A stretch of DNA of 64,000 bases from an uncultured Mailhella sp. (GTDB taxonomy: Bacteria > Desulfobacterota > Desulfovibrionia > Desulfovibrionales > Desulfovibrionaceae): positions 24,264-88,263 of the forward strand of contig NZ_CAJJIC010000001.1 of the NCBI RefSeq assembly GCF_905187505.1, in the 5' to 3' direction. The notes under the pieces are model-generated. The model was not told the origin of the DNA and did not search any database. It saw nothing but the letters and a program-made list of their open reading frames with translations. Positions 28,400 to 36,657 of the stretch are shown here, in pieces (the first letter of the stretch is position 1; every line of letters begins with the position of its first letter). A program made the translations under genes and the position numbers.

Positions 28400-30666
28400 G
28401 ATTTCTCCTCGTCCTTTCCCGCGCGGCGTCTGCCGGAGCCCACCTCGGGCAGCATGTCGGCATGCACCGAACCTTCGCTGCCGGCAAGCCTGTGCGCGAG
28501 CCAGGTGTAGCGTCTGCGGATATGATTGTTTTTCACCGCCATGGACAGCGCGCGCCATTCTCCCACCAGCACGACCATCTTTTTGCCGCGCGTCACGGCC
28601 GTATACAGCAGATTGCGCTGAAGGAGCATGTAGTGCTGCATCATGAGCGGAATGACCACCACGGGATACTCGCCGCCCTGCGACTTGTGTATGGAAATGG
28701 CGTAGGCGGGAACGAGCTCGTCCATCTCTTCCCAGAGATAGTTCACGTTGCGGTCGTCGAAACGGACGGTGACCTCGCGTTCCTCGGCATCCAGATAGAT
28801 GATGGTTCCGGTATCGCCGTTGAACACGTCCTTGTCATAGTTGTTGCGCACCTGCATGACCTTGTCGTTCAGGCGGAACTGCCGTTCTCCGCGCACCAGG
28901 GACGAAGGCTGCGGATTCACGGCGTCCTGAATGCGCCGGTTCAGGCTGTTCACGCCCACGGCGCCGCGCAGCATGGGCGAGAGCACCTGAATGTCCTCGG
29001 TATGGAAACCGAACTTGCGGGGAATGCGGTTTCTCACAAGATCGACCACAAGATCCGCGGCTGCCTCCGGGTCTTCCTGACGGAAGAAATAAAAGTCCGT
29101 CTTCTGCCCGGCCCGCTGATGCAGCTCCGGCAGACTGCCTCTGTTGATGAGGTGCGCGTTGCAGATGATGTCGCTCTGCGCCGCCTGACGGAACACTTCC
29201 AGAAGCTCGACCACGGGAACCACGCCGGAGGCGATGACGTCGCGCAGGACGTTGCCCGGCCCTACGGAAGGAAGCTGATTCACGTCGCCCACAAGAATGA
29301 AGGTGGCCCCCACGGGAGCGGCCTTCACCAGATGATACATGAGCATGGTGTCCATCATGGAGGCCTCGTCCACCACCAGAAGTCCGCAGGCGAGAGGATT
29401 GTTCTCGTTGCGGTTGAAGCCGTCCTCCGCCGGACTGTATTCCAGCAGACGATGTATGGTCTTGGCCTCCAGCCCGCTCGCCTCGGACATTCTCTTGGCG
29501 GCGCGGCCCGTTGGCGCGGCAAGGAGCACGCGTGCCTTGGCCTCCAGAAAAACCTTGATGATGGCGTTCAGGATGGTGGTCTTGCCCGTGCCGGGACCGC
29601 CGGTGAGCACCATGACCTTGGAGGATGCCGCGGTATACACGGCCTGCTTCTGCTCTTCTGCCAGCGTCATGGGCATGGAGTCTATGACCTTTCTCACGAG
29701 CTTCTTCGGCTCGGGAATGCGCACGGACTTCGGAGAGTGCAGGAGCCTCTGCATGTAGAAGGCTATTTTGGACTCGTAAACATAGTTGCGCGTAAGGTAC
29801 ACGCCCTCGTGATCTCCAAGATCCTCGATGACCACGCGCTCTTCCCGCTCCAGATCGACCACGGCCTCGTCGGCCATGTCCGCGGGAATGGAAAGCCTGG
29901 CCACGGCCTCTTCCACAAGAAGATTGCGAGGGTAGTAAATGTGCCCGTCCTCGGTGAGGCGCATGAGCAGGTAGAGCACGCCCGCCTCGGCGCGCAGCGG
30001 GCTCGACTCGTCGAAGCCGAGCTTGCGGGCAAGCGCATCCGCGGTGGTGAAGCCTATGCCGTGTATGTCCATGGCGAGGCGGTAGGGATTCTCGCGCACC
30101 ACGGCAAGGGCCTGCGCGCCGTACTGGCGATAGATGCGCACCGACATGTTGGCGGTCACGCCGTGGGGCTGAAGAAAGATCATGAGCTCGCGTATGCCCT
30201 GATGCTCCGCCCAGGAAGCCTTCATGGCCTCAAGGCGCTTCTTGCCGAATCTCGGCAGCTCCAGCATGCGGTCCGGATCGTGATCCATGACGTCGAGCGT
30301 GTCCGCGCCGAAATGCGACACGATGCGGTCGGCCCACTTGGGGCCTATGCCCTTGATGCAGCCGGAGGCAAGAAAGAGACGTATGCCCTCTTCCGTGGCC
30401 GGAAGTTCCTCCTCACAGGAGGTCATCTGAATCTGCCTGCCGAATTTAGGATGATTGATCCAGCGACCCTTCACGCGAAGACGGGCGCCGGGCTGAGGCG
30501 AGGACAGACTGCCCACGACCACCACCGGGTCTTCCCGCCCCTCGACACGGAGCCGGAATACCGTCCAGCCGTTTTCCTCGTTGTGAAAGACCACCCTCTC
30601 CAGAGTGCCGGAAAACTCCTCCGGCCTGTCGGTGTCTTCCGAGGCCAGCATATCCATCTGTTCCAT
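28396..30666 (-). CDS. recD2: RecD2-type SF1B ATP-dependent DNA helicase
   Basis: GGPGTGKTT (Walker A), LLVVDEASMMD, VGDVNQLPSVGPG, SIHKSQGGEYPVVV and TAVTRGKK, with N-terminal HhH-like repeats. Start at MEQMDM (30666). Confidence 0.88.
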   Translation of the reverse strand: MEQMDMLASEDTDRPEEFSGTLERVVFHNEENGWTVFRLRVEGREDPVVVVGSLSSPQPGARLRVKGRWINHPKFGRQIQMTSCEEELPATEEGIRLFLASGCIKGIGPKWADRIVSHFGADTLDVMDHDPDRMLELPRFGKKRLEAMKASWAEHQGIRELMIFLQPHGVTANMSVRIYRQYGAQALAVVRENPYRLAMDIHGIGFTTADALARKLGFDESSPLRAEAGVLYLLMRLTEDGHIYYPRNLLVEEAVARLSIPADMADEAVVDLEREERVVIEDLGDHEGVYLTRNYVYESKIAFYMQRLLHSPKSVRIPEPKKLVRKVIDSMPMTLAEEQKQAVYTAASSKVMVLTGGPGTGKTTILNAIIKVFLEAKARVLLAAPTGRAAKRMSEASGLEAKTIHRLLEYSPAEDGFNRNENNPLACGLLVVDEASMMDTMLMYHLVKAAPVGATFILVGDVNQLPSVGPGNVLRDVIASGVVPVVELLEVFRQAAQSDIICNAHLINRGSLPELHQRAGQKTDFYFFRQEDPEAAADLVVDLVRNRIPRKFGFHTEDIQVLSPMLRGAVGVNSLNRRIQDAVNPQPSSLVRGERQFRLNDKVMQVRNNYDKDVFNGDTGTIIYLDAEEREVTVRFDDRNVNYLWEEMDELVPAYAISIHKSQGGEYPVVVIPLMMQHYMLLQRNLLYTAVTRGKKMVVLVGEWRALSMAVKNNHIRRRYTWLAHRLAGSEGSVHADMLPEVGSGRRRAGKDEEKS

Positions 30667-30976
30667 GATTTTCGCCCGGGCCGCGTTATGAAAAAAGAAA
30701 AGCCGGGCAGCCCTCATGCCGGCCTCTTTACAACTCCCTTGATGTACTACTATAAACGTGAAATATCATCAAGGCAGGCTCCGTCGGATGCGCGTCATGC
30801 CAGCGCGCCTCCGGCACCGGTCCAGAGTCCGCCATCTTCCGTATGCCGCGCAAGAGCCCGGCATGCCTGTAATCCTCAGCAGTTCAGACTGCGTCGAAGC
30901 AGCCCGGAAGCGTCATGCCAGCGCCATGGGAAAGAGCGCGGCATGGTCTGGCTTTCCGTACTGTGAGGACAGTATG

Positions 30977-32149
30977 CCCGAATTTTCGAGGATAGACCGT
31001 CTGCCCCCCTACGCCTTCGCCGTGGTGGGAGAAATCAAGAAGCAGCTGCGTCAGCAGAACATCGACATCGTCGATCTTTCCATGGGCAACCCGGATCTGC
31101 CGACGCCCAAGTTCATCGTGGACAAGCTGTGCGAGGCCGCCCGCAAGCCCGTGAACCACCGCTACTCCGTCTCCCGGGGCATTCCCAACCTGCGCAAGGC
31201 CATATGCGACCTTTATGCCCGCCGCTACGACGTGCACCTCGACCCGGAAACGCAGGCCATAGCCACCATAGGTTCCAAGGAAGGGCTCGCCCATCTGTGC
31301 CTTGCCATGCTGAACCCCGGCGACGTGGTGTTTGCTCCGGACCCCACCTATCCCATCCATGTGTATGCCCCCGTCATCTGCGGGGCCGACGTGCGCCGCA
31401 TTCCCGTGGCGGAGGACCGCGACTTCTTTGAAGACCTGCTCACCGCCACCAGACAGACCTGGCCCAAGCCGAAGCTGCTCATCATAAGCTACCCGCAGAA
31501 TCCCACCACGCAGGTCGTGGACCTTCCGTTCTTCGAGCGCATTGTGGAATTCGCCAAGGAGCACAAGATGTGGGTCATCCACGACATGGCCTACGCCGAT
31601 TTGTGCTACGACGGCTACAAGGCGCCGAGCTTCCTGCAGGCCAAGGGCGCCGAAGACGTGGGCGTGGAGTTCTATTCCATGACCAAGGGGTATTCCATGG
31701 CCGGCTGGCGCATGGGCTTCTGCCTCGGCAACCGCGATCTCGTGCACATTCTCACCCGCATCAAGAGCTATCTCGACTACGGCATCTTCCAGCCCATCCA
31801 GATAGCCGCAACCGTGGCCCTCAACGCGCCGCGCGACGCCGTGGACAAGATCTGCGACGAGTACCGCAAGCGCCGCGACGTGCTCTGCGCGGGGCTCAAC
31901 CGCATAGGCTGGCCCATCACGCCGCCCAAAGCCACCATGTTCGCCTGGGGCCGCATTCCCGAACCCTTCCGTGCCATGGGCTCCATGGAGTTTTCCAAGC
32001 TTCTGCTGCAGAAGGCCCACGTGGCCGTGCAGCCCGGCATCGGCTTCGGACAGATGGGCGACGAATACGTGCGCTTTGCGCTCATTGAAAACCAGAAACG
32101 CACCAGACAGGCCCTTCAGGGCATCAAGAAGGTGCTTCAGGAAGGCTGA
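30977..32149 (+). CDS. Class I/II PLP-dependent aminotransferase (alanine/aspartate transaminase-like)
   Basis: [35 protein letters not shown] (PLP Lys) and VRFALIE. Start at MPEFSRID (30977). Confidence 0.85.
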   Translation, partial: PEFSRIDRLPPYAFAVVGEIKKQLRQQNIDIVDLSMGNPDLPTPKFIVDKLCEAARKPVNHRYSVSRGIPNLRKAICDLYARRYDVHLDPETQAIATIGSKEGLAHLCLAMLNPGDVVFAPDPTYPIHVYAPVICGADVRRIPVAEDRDFFEDLLTATRQTWPKPKLLIISYPQNPTTQVVDLPFFERIVEFAKEHKMWVIHDMAYADLCYDGYKAPSFLQAKGAEDVGVEFYSMTKGYSMAGWRMGFCLGNRDLVHILTRIKSYLDYGIFQPIQIAATVALNAPRDAVDKICDEYRKRRDVLCAGLNRIGWPITPPKATMFAWGRIPEPFRAMGSMEFSKLLLQKAHVAVQPGIGFGQMGDEYVRFALIENQKRTRQALQGIKKVLQEG

Positions 32150-32271
32150 TCATCACCAGACGGGGCGGACGGCAGAACGCGCACAGGCGCACGGTTCCGC
32201 CCGCTCCGGGCCGGTGTGAGGCGGCATCCGCCGTCTGACCGGCAGAACCTTTTTCCTCCTTTGGAGCTTGC

Positions 32272-33591
32272 ATGTCTCAGAACCTTTGCATCGGCATAGC
32301 CGGCCTCGGTACGGTCGGCAGCGGTCTCGTGGAAATGCTGCAAAAGAATCACGACGAAATTCTGCGCAGAACGGGCCGTGAAATCACGATCAAGGCGGTG
32401 GCCGTACACAATCTCGCCAAGAAGCGGGATCTGCCCGAAGGCATCGTTCTCACCGACAACGCCCTGTCCCTCGCCGACGATCCCGACATTCAGGTGGTCG
32501 TGGAGCTCATGGGCGGAACCACGGTGGCCAGAGAACTCATCATGCGCTCCATGGAAAACGGCAAGTCCGTCGTCACCGCCAACAAGGCGCTTCTGGCGGA
32601 ATACGGGCGGGAAATCTTCGCGCTTGCCTCAAGGAAGAACGTGGCCCTCGGCTACGAGGCCAGTTCCGCCGGAGCCATTCCCGTCATTCAGACCCTGCGC
32701 GACAGCCTTGCCGGCAACCACATCACGTCTGTGATGGGCATCTTGAACGGCACGTCCAACTACATACTCTCCGAAATGAACAGCCACGGCTTCGACTTTC
32801 CCACCGCGCTCAAGGAAGCCCAGGACCTCGGCCTTGCCGAAGCCGATCCCTCGCTGGACATCGACGGACAGGACGCCGCCCACAAGCTGGTTCTGCTCAT
32901 CCGCCTCGCATGGGGCGTGCATTACGATTTCTCGCAGCTCTCCATCGAGGGCATACGCGGCCTCAATCCTCTGGACATCCAGTTCGCCCGTGAGTTCGGC
33001 TACCGCATCAAGCTCATCGGACAGGCCCGCGACGAAAACGGCAAGATCGAAGCCGGCGTGTTCCCGGCGCTCGTGCACCACTCCATGCTGCTTGCCAGAG
33101 TGAACGGCGCGTACAACGCCGTGCGCATCGAAGGCAACGCCGTAGGCTCCCTGTTCCTGCACGGTCTCGGCGCGGGCAGCCGTCCTACGGCGAGCGCCGT
33201 GCTCGGCGACCTGCTGGCCCTTGCCCGCCGCGACAGCGTCCACAGCGCCGATGCCAACACCGGCTTCGTGCAGGAGCTGCCCGACGCAGAAATTCTGCCT
33301 TCCGACGAGGCGGAAAGCCCCTGGTACGTGCGCGCCACCGTGCGCGACACGCCCGGCGTTCTGCGCGACATCGCCACCGTGTTCGCCAAGGAAGGCATAA
33401 GCTTTGCCCAGCTCATCCAGAAGGCCGCCACAAGGGACGACTGCGTCTCGCTCGTGCTCATGACGCATGAAACCACCGGCCGGGCCATCAAGAAGGCCAC
33501 GCGCATCCTGCATGAAGACGGCACGCTGCTCGTGCCCGCCACCTGCTTCCGCATTCTTGCTTCCAGCGGCAACGAAGCCGAAGGCGCGTAA
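32272..33591 (+). CDS. hom: Homoserine dehydrogenase
   Basis: IGIAGLGTVGSG NAD-binding fold, central GILNGTSNYILS / DPSLDIDGQDAAHKL, and a C-terminal ACT domain. Confidence 0.93.
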   Translation: MSQNLCIGIAGLGTVGSGLVEMLQKNHDEILRRTGREITIKAVAVHNLAKKRDLPEGIVLTDNALSLADDPDIQVVVELMGGTTVARELIMRSMENGKSVVTANKALLAEYGREIFALASRKNVALGYEASSAGAIPVIQTLRDSLAGNHITSVMGILNGTSNYILSEMNSHGFDFPTALKEAQDLGLAEADPSLDIDGQDAAHKLVLLIRLAWGVHYDFSQLSIEGIRGLNPLDIQFAREFGYRIKLIGQARDENGKIEAGVFPALVHHSMLLARVNGAYNAVRIEGNAVGSLFLHGLGAGSRPTASAVLGDLLALARRDSVHSADANTGFVQELPDAEILPSDEAESPWYVRATVRDTPGVLRDIATVFAKEGISFAQLIQKAATRDDCVSLVLMTHETTGRAIKKATRILHEDGTLLVPATCFRILASSGNEAEGA

Positions 33592-33708
33592 CCTCATTCC
33601 GTCCGGACGAAGACCCTCCTCAAAAAGAACCTCGTCCCGGACGCGCCGTCCCCTGCCGAAAGATGCCGTCCTTCAAGTTTCACATCAACGTCAACCACCG
33701 AGGTTTTC

Positions 33709-34077
33709 ATGACTTTTTTTGATCACGTCCACCTCTGCTGCACCGACCTCGACGCCATGATCAACTTCTGGAAGCAGGCCTTCGGCGCTGAATTCGTGCG
33801 CTATCGCAAATTCGGAGGCGCCGACGGTGCGGTCGTCACGCTCTCCGGCGTTCAGATCTTCCTCAAGAAAATTCCCGAGGGCGCACCTCTGCCCGACGGC
33901 TCCGCCTGCGGAGTCAACCACCTGGGCATCCGCGTGGACGATCCCAACATCATGGCGGAAAAGCTCGTGAACGAATTCGGAGGAAAGCTGCTCAACAAGG
34001 CCAGCGACGACTGTTCCTTCGTCGCCGTGCCGCAGGGCGTCACCTTCGAGCTCATGCGCGTAGGCGCCGAAGTCTGA
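33709..34077 (+). CDS. VOC (glyoxalase/bleomycin-resistance/dioxygenase) family protein
   Basis: FDHVHLCCTDLDAMINFW... and VNHLGIRVDD. 122 aa. Confidence 0.8.
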   Translation: MTFFDHVHLCCTDLDAMINFWKQAFGAEFVRYRKFGGADGAVVTLSGVQIFLKKIPEGAPLPDGSACGVNHLGIRVDDPNIMAEKLVNEFGGKLLNKASDDCSFVAVPQGVTFELMRVGAEV

Positions 34078-34103
34078 GCTCTTCCTTTTCACTTTCTGAA
34101 GAA

Positions 34104-34142
34104 AAGAAGGCCTTTTTCTGCGTGAAAAAGGCCTTCTTCTTT
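34104..34142 (+). terminator. Rho-independent terminator after the VOC gene
   Basis: AAGAAGGCCTTTTTC-TGCGT-GAAAAAGGCCTTCTT perfect 15-bp stem, followed by CTTT. Confidence 0.7.
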
Positions 34143-34354
34143 ACAACTCCGGAACAGAACGACTCCCTTTTTTCTGCCTTTTCCCGTTCCTTCCGCCTTC
34201 CGCCGCAATCACGGAGAAAAGACCTGTTCTGATCCCGGCATTGCCGTGTTCTTCCCTTCGCGCGAACGCCGCTTTTTCAAGAACGCCGCAGCGGAAGACG
34301 ACAAAAAAACCGCTTCGCACATCACCCCGTTTTTCAGTCCTCACGGCCGTTCTC

Positions 34355-34383
34355 TTGACAGTCGTTTCCACTGAGGATAATGT
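34355..34383 (+). promoter_or_regulatory. Sigma70-like promoter of tRNA-Arg
   Basis: TTGACA (34355-34360), 17-nt spacer, TAATGT (34378-34383). The tRNA 5' end lies 11 nt downstream. Confidence 0.6.
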
Positions 34384-34393
34384 CTTCCCTCGT

Positions 34394-34470
<77 letters not shown>

Positions 34471-34483
34471 AGCATCAGCCTGA

Positions 34484-34516
34484 AAAGCGGTTCGGCGCAC
34501 AGCCGGGCCGCTTTTT
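34484..34516 (+). terminator. Terminator-like hairpin after tRNA-Arg
   Basis: AAAGCGG...CCGCTTT outer stem with inner CGGC/GCCG pairing, followed by TTTTT. Confidence 0.5.
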
Positions 34517-34734
34517 GCGTATGCATGCCATGCCGAAAGCCCACACAGAAGGCCAGCGGACTCAGCCTCGGTCAGCGCTCTGCCGCCACGGCATAAGTCT
34601 TCCCAGCCCTTTCGGGCATCTCCCCATCCCTGCGGCGTCTTCCTCAGGAGAATATTGCCTGACGAACTCATGCATGGTATGGGCATAGGCGTTGAACATT
34701 TTCTTTTCTTCACGGACAAGAGCGGGACAGCGAC

Positions 34735-36174
34735 ATGGTCAGAAAGGAAAAAGCCATCGACAGCTTTCAGGATAGAATCCGGGAAATTCCCGAAGCCCTC
34801 ACCGTCGTGGACCTGCCCGACTTCTTCGACTTCATCGACAACGCGCGCTTTGCCATCAACTTCGTCGATGAAAACGGCGTCATCATCTATGCCAACAAAG
34901 AAGCCAGAGAATCCCGCATCATTCCCGAGGAGTTCGTAGGACGCAGCCTCTATGATCTGAAAAAATACGGCATGATCCTGAATCCGGCAGCCATAAAGGT
35001 CATAGAGTCCGGCAAAGTGAACATCGGAGAGGTCACCCAGTACAGCGGCCGCACGTTCATGTCCATCACGGTGCCCGTCATAGACGACCAAAAAAGACTC
35101 GAGGGCGTCATGGCACTGACGTGCGACATCGCAGACGTGTATAACTTCATCATCGCGTCGTCCTCCAGGACACGGCATATCCAGGCCCCTCAAAGCTCCA
35201 CGTCCGAGCTGTTTCCTGACGCCGACGTCGTCATTGCCGAATCGTCGGAAATGAAGAACGTTCTGAAGCTGGTCGATAAGATAGCGCCCACCAGCGCTCC
35301 CGTGCTCATTCTCGGAGAGTCCGGCACCGGCAAGGAAGTGATGGCCAAGCTGATCCACAGCAAAAGCAGCCGCAGCAGGGAAAGACTGCTCGCGGTCAAC
35401 TGCGGCGCCATTCCGCCGGCGCTCATGGAATCGGAACTCTTCGGCTACGAAAAGGGAGCCTTTACGGGAGCATGGCGAAGCACTCCGGGCCTTTTTGAAG
35501 AGGCGGACGGCGGTACCCTCTTCCTCGACGAAATAGGAGATCTTGACCTTCAGCTTCAGGTCAAGCTGCTGCGCGTTCTTCAGGAAGGCAAATTCCGGCG
35601 CGTAGGCGGACGGAAGGACATGGACTGCCATGTGCGCATCATTGCGGCCACCAACAAAAATCTGCCTCTTCTCGTCAGGCAGGGACTGTTCCGCTCCGAT
35701 CTTTTCTACCGTCTGGACGTGTTTGCCCTTTCTCTCCCTCCACTGCGGGAGAGACGCCAGGACCTCATGAAGTTCATTCCCTTCTTTCTGGAAAAATACA
35801 ACAAGGCCTACGGATTCGCCCGCTACTTGACGAGCGATGCATGGACCCGGCTTCTTTCCTATGACTGGCCGGGCAATGTCAGAGAACTGAGCAACATGCT
35901 TGAACGGCTCGTCGTGCTGGCGGACAAAAATGAAATCGGCTCCGAAGACCTCGACAGGCATCTTCGACGCTCTTCACGCAAAAGCGAGAGCAGGCACATT
36001 CCGTCTCCTGACGACACCGAAACCATGACTCTCCCCGAAGCCACGGAAATTCTGGAAAGATCCATGATAGCCGACGCCCGCACAAAGTACGGAACGTGCC
36101 GGGCCATGGCCGATCATCTCGGCATCGATTTTTCCACGGTGGCCAGAAAGATGCGCAAATACGGCATACACTGA
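34735..36174 (+). CDS. Sigma54-dependent enhancer-binding transcriptional activator with an N-terminal PAS sensor (no receiver domain)
   Basis: PAS-like N-domain (FAINFVDENGVIIYANKEA...), AAA+ sigma54-interaction domain (GESGTGKEV, GAFTGA, LFLDEIGDL, RVIAATN), and C-terminal Fis-type HTH (MADHLGIDFSTVARKMRKYGI). Confidence 0.9.
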   Translation: MVRKEKAIDSFQDRIREIPEALTVVDLPDFFDFIDNARFAINFVDENGVIIYANKEARESRIIPEEFVGRSLYDLKKYGMILNPAAIKVIESGKVNIGEVTQYSGRTFMSITVPVIDDQKRLEGVMALTCDIADVYNFIIASSSRTRHIQAPQSSTSELFPDADVVIAESSEMKNVLKLVDKIAPTSAPVLILGESGTGKEVMAKLIHSKSSRSRERLLAVNCGAIPPALMESELFGYEKGAFTGAWRSTPGLFEEADGGTLFLDEIGDLDLQLQVKLLRVLQEGKFRRVGGRKDMDCHVRIIAATNKNLPLLVRQGLFRSDLFYRLDVFALSLPPLRERRQDLMKFIPFFLEKYNKAYGFARYLTSDAWTRLLSYDWPGNVRELSNMLERLVVLADKNEIGSEDLDRHLRRSSRKSESRHIPSPDDTETMTLPEATEILERSMIADARTKYGTCRAMADHLGIDFSTVARKMRKYGIH

Positions 36175-36463
36175 ATGGGCAGCCGCTTCATGACCGTCTC
36201 CGGGGCAGCCGCTCTGCATCCGTAAAAAGACCAGCGCGGCACTCTTCGAAATGATGCAGCCGGCTTCCTCTGTCCGCAGTCCGCACGACGCGCCCTTCTT
36301 CTTTTCTTCTTCCTTGAAAAACGCGGAGCTCGTCACGGCTTTTCCTCCGTGGCGACCTTTTATGCGCTCTTTGGAACAAAACACATAATATATTGTATTT
36401 ACTTATTTTTTAATAACTGAAAGAGAAAAATTTTCTTTGCTCAGACCGGATATGCAAAACGAC

Positions 36464-36480
36464 TGTGGCAAGAATCCACA
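36464..36480. promoter_or_regulatory. Candidate enhancer (UAS) dyad for the sigma54 activator
   Basis: TGTGGCAAGAATCCACA = TGT-N11-ACA, with arms TGTGG/CCACA, about 120-130 bp upstream of the -24 element. Its left half TGTGGCAA recurs as the reverse complement TTGCCACA at 36538-36545. Confidence 0.45.
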
Positions 36481-36505
36481 TCTATATGCCCGTATTTTCA
36501 CGTTT

Positions 36506-36523
36506 TGTGTTGTTTTTGCAACA
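36506..36523. promoter_or_regulatory. Second candidate enhancer dyad
   Basis: TGTGTTGTTTTTGCAACA (TGT-N12-ACA; inner arms TGTTG/CAACA). An AT-rich stretch (36555-36595) between the dyads and the promoter could bend DNA (IHF-like). Confidence 0.35.
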
Positions 36524-36596
36524 ATACGACGAGCATATTGCCACAAATCGTTTCTCCAAAATAAATTTTATTTTGAATTTCAATATATTATGCATA

Positions 36597-36612
36597 TGGC
36601 ACAAATATTGCT
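36597..36612 (+). promoter_or_regulatory. Sigma54 (-24/-12) promoter of the GRE operon
   Basis: TGGCAC-AAATA-TTGCT is an exact match to the TGGCAC-N5-TTGCW consensus. It lies about 45 nt upstream of the GRE ATG, which is preceded by AGGAGG (36647-36652). Confidence 0.85.
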
Positions 36613-36657
36613 TTCTTGGAGGGCATAGATCAGCAACCATCCCTCCAGGAGGATATC

